A stretch of 64,000 bases of DNA from the human T2T-CHM13v2.0 reference genome, Homo sapiens: assembly GCF_009914755.1 (NCBI RefSeq), contig NC_060935.1, one strand, 5' to 3'. Position numbers and translations under genes: made by a program. Shown here in pieces: positions 28,101 through 41,000 of this stretch; positions within the stretch are counted from its first letter, which is position 1, and the number at the start of each line of letters is the position of its first letter. Under the pieces are notes generated by a model. The model was not told the DNA's origin. It did no database searches and was given only the letters and a program-made list of their open reading frames with translations.

Positions 28101-29949
28101 TGTGATGATTGCATTCGACTCACAGAGTTGAACATTCCTATAGATAGAGCAGGTTGTAAACAATCTTTTTGTAGAATCTGCGATTGGAGATTTGGACTGC
28201 TTTGAGGCCTACTGTAGTAAAGGAAATAACTTCATCTAAAAACCAAACGGAAGCATACACAGAAAATTCTTAGTGATCATTGGATTGAACTAACAGAGCT
28301 GAACATTCCTTTAGATGGAGCAGTTTCCAAACACACTTTCTGTAGAATCTGCAAGTGGATATTTGGACTTCTCTGAGGATTTCGTTGGAAAGGGGATAAA
28401 CTTCCCAGAACTACACGGAAGCATTGTGAGAAACTTCTTTGTGATGTTTGCATTCAACTCACAGAGTTGAACCTTGCTTTCATAGTTCAGCTTTCAAACA
28501 CTCCTTTTGTAGAATCTGCAAGTGGATATTTGGACCACTTTGTGGCCTTCCTTCGAAACGGGTATATCTTCACATCAAACATAGACAGAAGCATTCTCAG
28601 AATGTTTCCTGTGATGACTGCATTCAACTCACAGAGGTGAACAATCCTGCTGATGGAGCAGTTTTGAAACTCTCTTTCTTTGGATTCTGCAAGTGGATGT
28701 GTGGACCTCTGTGAAGATTTCGTTGGAAACGGGTTCATCTTCACAGAAAAACTAAACAGAAGCATTCTCAGAAACTGCTTTGTGATGTTTGTGTTCCACT
28801 TCAGGAATTGAACTTTCCTCTTGACAGAGCAGCTCTGAAATCCTCTTATTCTAGAATCTGCAAGTGGACATTTGGAGGGCTTTGAGGCCTGTGGTGGAAA
28901 AGGAAAATCTTCACATAAAAACTAGATGGAAGCATTCTCAGAAACTCCTTTGTGATGATTGCATTCGACTCACAGAGTTGAACATTCCTATAGATAGAGC
29001 AGGTTGTAAACAATCTTTTTGTAGAATCTGCGATTGGAGATTTGGACTGTTTTGAGTCCTACTGTAGTAAAGGAAATAACTTCATCTAAAAACCAAACGG
29101 AAGCATTCACAGACAATTCTTAGTGATCATTGGATTGAACTAACAGAGCTGAACATTCCTTTAGATGGAGCAGTTTCCAAACACACTTTCTGTAGAATCT
29201 GCAAGTGGATATTTGGACTTCTCTGAGGATTTCGTTGGAAACGGGATAAACTTCCCAGAACTACACGGAAGCATTGTGAGAAACTTCTTTGTGATGTTTG
29301 CATTCAACTCACAGAGTTGAACCTTGCTTTCATAGTTCAGCTTTCAAACACTCTTTTTGTAGAATCTGCAAGTGGATATTTGGACCACTTTGTGGCCTTC
29401 CTTCGAAACGGGTATATCTTCACATCAAACCTAGACAGAAGCATTCTCAGAATGTTTCCTGTGATGACTGCATTCAACTCACAGAGGTGAACAATCCTGC
29501 TGATGGAGCAGTTTTGAAACTCTCTTTCTTTGGATTCTGCAAGTGGATATGTGGACCTCTGTGAAGATTTCGTTGGAAACGGGTTCATCTTCACAGAAAA
29601 ACTAAACAGAAGCATTCTCAGAAACTGCTTTGTTATGTTTGTGTTCCACTTCAAGAATTGAACTTTCCTCTTGACAGAGCAGCTCTGAAACCCTCTTATT
29701 CTAGAATCTGCAAGTGGACATTTGGCGGGCTTTGAGGCCTGTGGTGGAAAAGGAAAATCTTCACATAAAAACTAGATGGAAGCATTCTCAGAAACTACTT
29801 TGTGATGATTGCATTCGACTCACAGAGTTGAACATTCCTATAGATAGAGAAGGTTGTAAACAATCTTTTTGTAGAATCTGCGATTGGAGATTTGGACTGC
29901 TTTGAGGCCTACTGTAGTAAAGGAAATAACTTCATCTAAAAACCAAACG

Positions 29950-32900
29950 GAAGCATTCACAGACAATTCTTAGTGATCATTGGATTGAACTAACAGAGTT
30001 GAACATTCCTTTAGATGGAGCAGTTTCCAAACACACTTTCTGTAGAATCTGCAAGTGGATATTTGGACCTCTCTGAGGATTTCGTTGGAAACGGGATAAA
30101 CTTCCCAGAACTACACGGAAGCATTCTGAGAAACTTCTTTGTGATGTTTGCATTCAACTCACAGAGTTGAACCTTGCTTTCATAGTTCAGCTTTCAAACA
30201 CTCTTTTTGTAGAATCTGCAAGTGGATATTTGGACCACTTTGTGGCCTTCCTTCGAAACGGGTATATCTTCACATCAAACCTAGACAGAAGCATTCTCAG
30301 AATGTTTCCTGTGATGACTGCATTCAACTCACAGAGGTGAACAATCCTGCTGATGGAGCAGTTTTGAAACTCTCTTTCTTTGGATTCTGCAAGTGGATAT
30401 GTGGACCTCTGTGAAGATTTCGTTGGAAACGGGTTCATCTTCACAGAAAAACTAAACAGAAGCATTCTCAGAAACTCCTTTGTCATGTTTGTGTTCCACT
30501 TCAGGAATTGAACTTTCCTCTTGACAGAGCAGCTCTGAAACCCTCTTATTCTAGAATCTGCAAGTTGACATTTGGAGGGCTTTGAGGCCTGTGGTGGAAA
30601 AGGAAAATCTTCACATAAAAACTAGATGGAAGCATTCTCAGAAACTACTTTGTGATGATTGCATTCGACTCACAGAGTTGAACATTCCTATAGATAGAGC
30701 AGGTTGTAAACAATCTTTTTGTAGAATCTGCGATTGGAGATTTGGACTGCTTTGAGGCCTACTGTAGTAAAGGAAATAACTTCATCTAAAAACGAAACGG
30801 AAGCATTCACAGACAATTCTTAGTGATCATTGGATTGAACTAACAGAGCTGAACATTCCTTTAGATGGAGCAGTTTCCAAACACACTTTCTGTAGAATCT
30901 GCAAGTGGATATTTGGACTTCTCTGAGGATTTCGTTGGAAAGGGGATAAACTTCCCAGAACTACACGGAAGCAATCTGAGAAACTTCTTTGTGATGTTTG
31001 CATTCAACTCACAGAGTTGAACCTTGCTTTCATAGTTCAGCTTTCAAACACTCTTTTTGTAGAATCTGCAAGTGGATATTTGGACCACTTTGTGGCCTTC
31101 CTTCGAAACGGGTATATCTTCACATCAAACCTAGACAGAAGCATTCTCAGAATGTTTCCTGTGATGACTGCATTCAACTCACAGAGGTGAACAATCCTGC
31201 TGATGGAGCAGTTTTGAAACTCTCTTTCTTTGGATTCTGCAAGTGGATATGTGGACCTCTGTGAAGATTTCGTTGGAAACGGGTTCATCTTCACAGAAAA
31301 ACTAAACAGAAGCATTCTCAGAAACTGCTTTGTTATGTTTGTGTTCCACTTAAAGAATTGAACTTTCCTCTTGACAGAGCAGCTCTGAAACCCTCTTATT
31401 CTAGAATCTGCAAGTGGACATTTGGAGGGCTTTGAGGCCTGTGGTGGAAAAGGAAAATCTTCACATAAAAACTAGATGGAAGCATTCTCAGAAACTACTT
31501 TGTGATGATTGCATTCGACTCACAGAGTTGAACATTCCTATAGATAGAGCAGGTTGTAAACAATCTTTTTGTAGAGTCTGCGATTGGAGATTTGGACTGC
31601 TTTGAGGCCTACTGTAGTAAAGGAAATAACTTCATCTAAAAACCAAACGGAAGCATTCACAGATAATTCTTAGTGATCATTGGATTGAACTAACAGAGCT
31701 GAACATTCCTTTAGATGGAGCAGTTTCCAAACCCACTTTCTGTAGAATCTGCAAGTGGATATTTGGACTTCTCTGAGGATTTCGTTGTAAAGGGGATAAA
31801 CTTCCCAGAACTACACGGAAGCATTGTGAGAAACTTCTTTGTGATGTTTGCATTCAACTCATAGAGTTGAACCTTGCTTTCATAGTTCAGCTTTCAAACA
31901 CTCCTTTTGTAGAATCTGCAAGTGGATATTTGGACCACTTTGTGGCCTTCCTTCGAAACGGGTATATCTTCACATCAAACCTAGACAGAAGCATTCTCAG
32001 AATGTTTCCTGTGATGACTGCATTCAACTCACAGAGGTGAACAATCCTGCTGATGGAGCAGTTTTGAAACTCTCTTTCTTTGGATTCTGCAAGTGGATAT
32101 GTGGACCTCTGTGAAGATTTCGTTGGAAACGGGTTCATCTTCACAGAAAAACTAAACAGAAGCATTCTCAGAAACTGCTTTGTTATGTTTGTGTTCCACT
32201 TCAAGAATTGAACTTTCCTCTTGACAGAGCAGCTCTGAAACCCTCTTATTCAAGAATCTGCAAGTGGACATTTGGAGGGCTTTGAGGCCTGTGGTGGAAA
32301 AGGAAAATCTTCACATAAAAACTAGATGGAAGCATTCTCAGAAACTACTTTGTGATGATTGCATTCGACTCACAGAGTTGAACATTCCTATAGATAGAGC
32401 AGGTTGTAAACAATCTTTTTGTAGAGTCTGCGATTGGAGATTTGGACTGCTTTGAGGCCTACTGTAGTAAAGGAAATAACTTCATCTAAAAACCAAACGG
32501 AAGCATTCACAGACAATTCTTAGTGATCATTGGATTGAACTAACAGAGTTGAACATTCCTTTAGATGGAGCAGTTTCCAAACACACTTTCTGTAGAATCT
32601 GCAAGTGGATATTTGGACCTCTCTGAGGATTTCGTTGGAAACGGGATAAACTTCCCAGAACTACACGGAAGCATTCTGAGAAACTTCTTTGTGATGTTTG
32701 CATTCAACTCACAGAGTTGAACCTTGCTTTCATAGTTCAGCTTTCAAACACTCTTTTTGTAGAATCTGCAAGTGGATATTTGGACCACTTTGTGGCCTTC
32801 CTTCGAAACGGGTATATCTTCACATCAAACCTAGACAGAAGCATTCTCAGAATGTTTCCTGTGATGACTGCATTCAACTCACAGAGGTGAACAATCCTGC

Positions 32901-35050
32901 TGATGGAGCAGTTTTGAAACTCTCTTTCTTTGGATTCTGCAAGTGGATATGTGGACCTCTGTGAAGATTTCGTTGGAAACGGGTTCATCTTCACAGAAAA
33001 ACTAAACAGAAGCATTCTCAGAAACTCCTTTGTCATGTTTGTGTTCCACTTCAGGAATTGAACTTTCCTCTTGACAGAGCAGCTCTGAAACCCTCTTATT
33101 CTAGAATCTGCAAGTTGACATTTGGAGGGCTTTGAGGCCTGTGGTGGAAAAGGAAAATCTTCACATAAAAACTAGATGGAAGCATTCTCAGAAACTACTT
33201 TGTGATGATTGCATTCGACTCACAGAGTTGAACATTCCTATAGATAGAGCAGGTTGTAAACAATCTTTTTGTAGAATCCGCGATTGGAGATTTGGACTGC
33301 TTTGAGGCCTACTGTAGTAAAGGAAATAACTTCATCTAAAAACGAAACGGAAGCATTCACAGACAATTCTTAGTGATCATTGGATTGAACTAACAGAGCT
33401 GAACATTCCTTTAGATGGAGCAGTTTCCAAACACACTTTCTGTAGAATCTGCAAGTGGATATTTGGACTTCTCTGAGGATTTCGTTGGAAAGGGGATAAA
33501 CTTCCCAGAACTACACGGAAGCAATCTGAGAAACTTCTTTGTGATGTTTGCATTCAACTCACAGAGTTGAACCTTGCTTTCATAGTTCAGCTTTCAAACA
33601 CTCTTTTTGTAGAATCTGCAAGTGGATATTTGGACCACTTTGTGGCCTTCCTTCGAAACGGGTATATCTTCACATCAAACCTAGACAGAAGCATTCTCAG
33701 AATGTTTCCTGTGATGACTGCATTCAACTCACAGAGGTGAACAATCCTGCTGATGGAGCAGTTTTGAAACTCTCTTTCTTTGGATTCTGCAAGTGGATAT
33801 GTGGACCTCTGTGAAGATTTCGTTGGAAACGGGTTCATCTTCACAGAAAAACTAAACAGAAGCATTCTCAGAAACTGCTTTGTTATGTTTGTGTTCCACT
33901 TAAAGAATTGAACTTTCCTCTTGACAGAGCAGCTCTGAAACCCTCTTATTCTAGAATCTGCAAGTGGACATTTGGAGGGCTTTGAGGCCTGTGGTGGAAA
34001 AGGAAAATCTTCACATAAAAACTAGATGGAAGCATTCTCAGAAACTACTTTGTGATGATTGCATTCGACTCACAGAGTTGAACATTCCTATAGATAGAGC
34101 AGGTTGTAAACAATCTTTTTGTAGAGTCTGCGATTGGAGATTTGGACTGCTTTGAGGCCTACTGTAGTAAAGGAAATAACTTCATCTAAAAACCAAACGG
34201 AAGCATTCACAGATAATTCTTAGTGATCATTGGATTGAACTAACAGAGCTGAACATTCCTTTAGATGGAGCAGTTTCCAAACCCACTTTCTGTAGAATCT
34301 GCAAGTGGATATTTGGACTTCTCTGAGGATTTCGTTGTAAAGGGGATAAACTTCCCAGAACTACACGGAAGCATTGTGAGAAACTTCTTTGTGATGTTTG
34401 CATTCAACTCATAGAGTTGAACCTTGCTTTCATAGTTCAGCTTTCAAACACTCCTTTTGTAGAATCTGCAAGTGGATATTTGGACCACTTTGTGGCCTTC
34501 CTTCGAAACGGGTATATCTTCACATCAAACCTAGACAGAAGCATTCTCAGAATGTTTCCTGTGATGACTGCATTCAACTCACAGAGGTGAACAATCCTGC
34601 TGATGGAGCAGTTTTGAAACTCTCTTTCTTTGGATTCTGCAAGTGGATATGTGGACCTCTGTGAAGATTTCGTTGGAAACGGGTTCATCTTCACAGAAAA
34701 ACTAAACAGAAGCATTCTCAGAAACTGCTTTGTTATGTTTGTGTTCCACTTCAAGAATTGAACTTTCCTCTTGACAGAGCAGCTCTGAAACCCTCTTATT
34801 CAAGAATCTGCAAGTGGACATTTGGAGGGCTTTGAGGCCTGTGGTGGAAAAGGAAAATCTTCACATAAAAACTAGATGGAAGCATTCTCAGAAACTACTT
34901 TGTGATGATTGCATTCGACTCACAGAGTTGAACATTCCTATAGATAGAGCAGGTTGTAAACAATCTTTTTGTAGAGTCTGCGATTGGAGATTTGGACTGC
35001 TTTGAGGCCTACTGTAGTAAAGGAAATAACTTCATCTAAAAACCAAACGG
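29950..35050 (+). repeat. Tandem duplication of a 3-HOR unit (period 2550 bp), near-identical copies
   Basis: TAACAGAGTT (29991/32541), CAAGTTGACA (30561/33111), AACGAAACGG (30791/33341), GCAATCTGAG (30971/33521), TAAAGAATTG (31351/33901), AGATAATTCT (31661/34211), XbaI loss TCAAGA (32250/34800). Confidence 0.92.
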
Positions 35051-38000
35051 AAGCATTCACAGACAATTCTTAGTGATCATTGGATTGAACTAACAGAGCT
35101 GAACATTCCTTTAGATGGAGCAGTTTCCAAACACACTTTCTGTAGAATCTGCAAGTGGATATTTGGACTTCTCTGAGGATTTCGTTGGAAACGGGATAAA
35201 CTTCCCAGAACTAGACGGAAGCATTGTGAGAAACTTCTTTGTGATGTTTGCATTCAACTCACAGAGTTGAACCTTGCTTTCATAGTTCAGCTTTCAAACA
35301 GTCCTTTTGTAGAATCTGCAAGTGGATATTTGGACCACTTTGTGGCCTTCCTTCGAAACGGGTATATCTTCACATCAAACCTAGACAGAAGCATTCTCAG
35401 AATGTTTCCTGTGATGACTGCATTCAACTCACAGAGGTGAACAATCCTGCTGATGGAGCAGTTTTGAAACTCTCTTTCTTTGGATTCTGCAAGTGGATAT
35501 GTGGACCTCTGTGAAGATTTCGTTGGAAACGGGTTCATCTTCACAGAAAAACTAAACAGAAGCATTCTCAGAAACTGCTTTGTGATGTTTCTGTTCTACT
35601 TCAGGAATTGAACTTTCCTCTTGACAGAACAGCTCTGAAATCCTCTTATTCTAGAATCTGCAAGTGGACATTTGGAGGGCTTTGAGGCCTGTGGTGGAAA
35701 AGGAAAATCTTCACATAAAAACTAGATGGAAGCATTCTCAGAAACTACTTTGTGATGATTGCATTCGACTCACAGAGTTGAACATTCCTATAGATAGAGC
35801 AGGTTGTAAACAATCTTTTTGTAGAATCTGCGATTGGAGATTTGGACTGCTTTGAGGCCTACTGTAGTAAAGGAAATAACTTCATCTAAAAACCAAACGG
35901 AAGCATTCACAGACAATTCTTAGTGATCATTGGATTGAACTAACAGAGCTGAACATTCCTTTAGATGGAGCAGTTTCCAAACACACTTTCTGTAGAATCT
36001 GCAAGTGGATATTTGGACTTCTCTGAGGATTTCGTTGGAAACGGGATAAACTTCCCAGAACTACACGGAAGCATTTTGAGAAACTTCTTTGTGATGTTTG
36101 CATTCAACTCACAGAGTTGAACCTTGCTTTTTTAGTTCAGCTTTCAAACACTCTTTTTGTAGAATCTGCAAGTGGATATTTGGACCACTTTGTGGCCTTC
36201 CTTCGAAACGGGTATATCTTCACATCAAACCTAGACAGAAGCATTCTCAGAATGTTTCCTGTGATGACTGCATTCAACTCACAGAGGTGAACAATCCTGC
36301 TGATGGAGCAGTTTTGAAACTCTCTTTCTTTGGATTCTGCAAGTGGATATGTGGACCTCTGTGAAGATTTCGTTGGAAACGGGTTCATCTTCACAGAAAA
36401 ACTAAACAGAAGCATTCTCAGAAACTCCTTTGTCATGTTTGTGTTCCACTTCAGGAATTGAACTTTCCTCTTGACAGAGCAGCTCTGAAACCCTCTTATT
36501 CTAGAATCTGCAAGTGGACATTTGGAGGGCTTTGAGGCCTGTGGTGGAAAAGGAAAATCTTCACATAAAAACTAGATGGAAGCATTCTCAGAAACTACTT
36601 TGTGATGATTGCATTCGACTCACAGAGTTGAACATTCCTATAGATAGAGCAGGTTGTAAACAATCTTTTTGTAGAATCTGCGATTGGAGAGTTGGACTGC
36701 TTTGAGGCCTACTGTAGTAAAGGAAATAACTTCATCTAAAAACCAAACGGAAGCATTCACAGACAATTCTTAGTGATCATTGGATTGAACTAACAGAGCT
36801 GAACATTCCTTTAGATGGAGCAGTTTCCAAACACACTTTCTGTAGAATCTGCAAGTGGATATTTGGACTTCTCTGAGGATTTCGTTGGAAAGGGGATAAA
36901 CTTCCCAGAACTACACGGAAGCAATCTGAGAAACTTCTTTGTGATGTTTGCATTCAACTCACAGAGTTGAACCTTGCTTTCATAGTTCAGCTTTCAAACA
37001 CTCTTTTTGTAGAATCTGCAAGTGGATATTTGGACCACTTTGTGGCCTTCCTTCGAAACGGGTATATCTTCACATCAAACCTAGACAGAAGCATTCTCAG
37101 AATGTTTCCTGTGATGACTGCATTCAACTCACAGAGGTGAACAATCCTGCTGATGGAGCAGTTTTGAAACTCTCTTTCTTTGGATTCTGCAAGTGGATAT
37201 GTGGACCTCTGTGAAGATTTCGTTGGAAACGGGTTCATCTTCACAGAAAAACTAAGCAGAAGCATTCTCAGAAACTGCTTTGTTATGTTTGTGTTCCACT
37301 TCAAGAATTGAACTTTCCTCTTGACAGAGCAGCTCTGAAACCCTCTTATTCTAGAATCTGCAAGTGGACATTTGGAGGGCTTTGAGGCCTGTGGTGGAAA
37401 AGGAAAATCTTCACATAAAAACTAGATGGAAGCATTCTCAGAAACTACTTTGTGATGATTGCATTCGACTCACAGAGTTGAAAATTCCTATAGATAGAAC
37501 AGGTTGTAAACAATCTTTTTGTAGAATCTGCGATTGGAAATTTGGACTGCTTTGAGGCCTACTGTAGTAAAGGAAATAACTTCATCTAAAAACCAAACGG
37601 AAGCATTCACAGACAATTCTTAGTGATCATTGGATTGAACTAACAGAGCTGAACATTCGTTTAGATGGCGCAGTTTCCAAACACACTTTCTGTAGAATCT
37701 GCAAGTGGATATTTGGACCTCTCTGAGGATTTCGTTGGAAACGGGATAAACTTCCCAGAACTACACGGAAGCATTCTGAGAAACTTCTTTGTGATGTTTG
37801 CATTCAACTCACAGAGTTGAACCTTGCTTTTATAGTTCAGCTTTCAAACACTCTTTTTGTAGAATCTGCAAGTGGATATTTGGACCACTTTGTGGGCTTC
37901 CTTCGAAACGGGTATATCTTCACATCAAACCTAGACAGAAGCATTCTCAGAATGTTTCCTGTGATGACTGCATTCAACTCACAGAGGTGAACAATCCTGC

Positions 38001-41000
38001 TGATGGAGCAGTTTTGAAACTCTCTTTCTTTGGATTCTGCAAGTGGATATGTGGACCTCTGTGAAGATTTCGTTGGAAACGGGTTCATCTTCACAGAAAA
38101 ACTAAACAGAAGCATTCTCAGAAACTGCTTTGTCATGTTTGTGTTCCACTTCAGGAATTGAACTTTCCTCTTGACAGAGCAGCTCTGAAATCCTCTTATT
38201 CTAGAATCTGCAAGTGGACATTTGGAGGGCTTTGAGGCCTGTGGTGGAAAAGGAAAATCTTCACATAAAAACTAGATGGAAGCATTCTCAGAAACTACTT
38301 TGTGATGATTGCATTCGACTCACAGAGTTGAACATTCCTATAGATAGAGCAGGTTGTAAACAATCTTTTTGTAGTATCTGAGATTGGAGATTTGGACTGC
38401 TTTGAGGCCTACTGTAGTAAAGGAAATAACTTCATCTAAAAACCAAACGGAAGCATTCACAGACAATTCTTAGTGATCATTGGATTGAACTAACAGAGCT
38501 GAACATTCCTTTAGATGGAGCAGTTTCCAAACACACTTTCTGTAGAATCTGCAAGTGGATATTTGGACTTCTCTGAGGATTTCGTTGGAAACGGGATAAA
38601 CTTCCCAGAACTACACGGAAGCATTTTGAGAAACTTCTTTGTGATGTTTGCATTCAACTCACAGAGTTGAACCTTGTTTTCATATTTCAGCTTTCAAACA
38701 CTCATTTGTAGAATCTGCAAGTGGATATTTGGACCACTTTGTGGCCTTCCTTCGAAACGGGTATATCTTCACATCAAACCTAGACAGAAGCATTCTCAGA
38801 ATGTTTCCTGTGATGACTGCATTCAACTCACAGAGGTGAACAATCCTGCTGATGGAGCAGTTTTGAAACTCTCTTTCTTTGGATTCTGCAAGTGGATATG
38901 TGGACCTCTGTGAAGATTTCGTTGGAAACGGGTTCATCTTCACAGAAAAACTAAACAGAAGCATTCTCAGAAACTCCTTTGTGATGTTTGTGTTCCACTT
39001 CAGGAATTGAACTTTCCTCTTGACAGAGCAGCTCTGAAACCCTCTTATTCTAGAATCTGCAAGTTGACATTTGGAGGGCTTTGAGGCCTGTGGTGGAAAA
39101 GGAAAATCTTCACATAAAAACTAGATGGAAGCATTCTCAGAAACTACTTTGTGATGATTGCATTCGACTCACAGAGTTGAACATTCCTATAGATAGTGCA
39201 GGTTGTAAACAATCTTTTTGTAGAATCTGCGATTGGAGATTTGGACTGCTTTGAGGCCTACTGTAGTAAAGGAAATAACTTCATCTAAAAACCAAACGGA
39301 AGCATTCACAGACAATTCTTAGTGATCATTGGATTGAACTAACAGAGCTGAACATTCCTTTAGATGGAGCAGTTTCCAAACACACTTTCTATAGAATCTG
39401 CAAGTGGATATTTGGACTTCTCTGAGGATTTCGTTGGAAAGGGGATAAACTTCCCAGAACTACACGGAAGCATTGTGAGAATCTTCTTTGTGATGTTTGC
39501 ATTCAACTCACAGAGTTGAACCTTGCTTTCATAGTTCAGCTTTCAAACACTCTTTTTGTAGAATCTGCAAGTGGATATTTGGACCACTTTGTGGCCTTCC
39601 TTCGAAACGGGTATATCTTCACATCAAACCTAGACAGAAGCATTCTCAGAATGTTTCCTGTGATGACTGCATTCAACTCACAGAGGTGAACAATCCTGCT
39701 GATGGAGCAGTTTTGAAACTCTCTTTCTTTGGATTCTGCAAGTGGATATGTGGACCTCTGTGAAGATTTCGTTGGAAACGGGTTCATCTTCACAGAAAAA
39801 CTAAACAGAAGCATTCTCAGAAACTGCTTTGTCATGTTTGTGTTCCACTTCAGGAATTGAACTTTCCTCTTGACAGAGCAGCTCTGAAATCCTCTTATTC
39901 TAGAATCTGCAAGTGGACATTTGGAGGGCTTTGAGGCCTGTGGTGGAAAAGGAAAATCTTCACATAAAAACTAGATGGAAGCATTCTCAGAAACTACTTT
40001 GTGATGATTGCATTCGACTCACAGAGTTGAACATTCGTATAGATAGAGCAGGTTGTAAACAATCTTTTTGTAGAATCTGAGATTGGAGATTTGGACTGCT
40101 TTGAGGCCTACTGTAGTAAAGGAAATAACTTCATCTAAAAACCAAACGGAAGCATTCACAGACAATTCTTAGTGATCATTGGATGGAACTAACAGACCTG
40201 AACATTCCTTTAGATGGAGCAGTTTCCAAACCCACTTTCTGTAGAATCTTCAAGTGGATATTTGGACTTCTCTGAGGATTTCGTTGGAAACGGGATAAAC
40301 TTCCCAGAACTACACGGAAGCATTCTGAAAAACTTCTTTGTGATGTTTGCATTCAACTCACAGAGTTGAACCTTGCTTTCATAGTTCAGCTTTCAAACAC
40401 TCTTTTTGTAGAATCTGCAAGTGGATATTTGGACCACTTTGTGGCCTTCCTTGGAAACGGGTATATCTTCACATCAAACCTAGACAGAAGCATTCTCAGA
40501 ATGTTTCCTGTGATGACTGCATTCAACTCACAGAGGTGAACAATCCTGCTGATGGAGCAGTTTTGAAACTCTCTTTCTTTGGATTCTGCAAGTGGATATG
40601 TGGACCTCTGTGAAGATTTCGTTGGAAACGGGTTCATCTTCACAGAAAAACTAAACAGAAGCATTCTCAGAAACTGCTTTGTGATGTTTGTGTTCCACTT
40701 CAGGAATTGAACTTTCCTCTTGACAGAGCAGCTCTGAAACCCTCTTATTCTAGAATCTGCAAGTGGACATTTGGAGGGCTTTGAGGCCTGTGGTGGAAAA
40801 GGAAAATCTTCACATAAAAACTAGATGGAAGCATTCTCAGAAACTACTTTGTGATGATTGCATTCGACTCACAGACTTGAACATTCCTATAGATAGAGCA
40901 GGTTGTAAACAATCTTTTTGTAGAATCTGCGATTGGAGATTTGGACTGCTTTGAGGCCTACTGTAGTAAAGGAAATAACTTCATCTAAAAACCAAACGGA

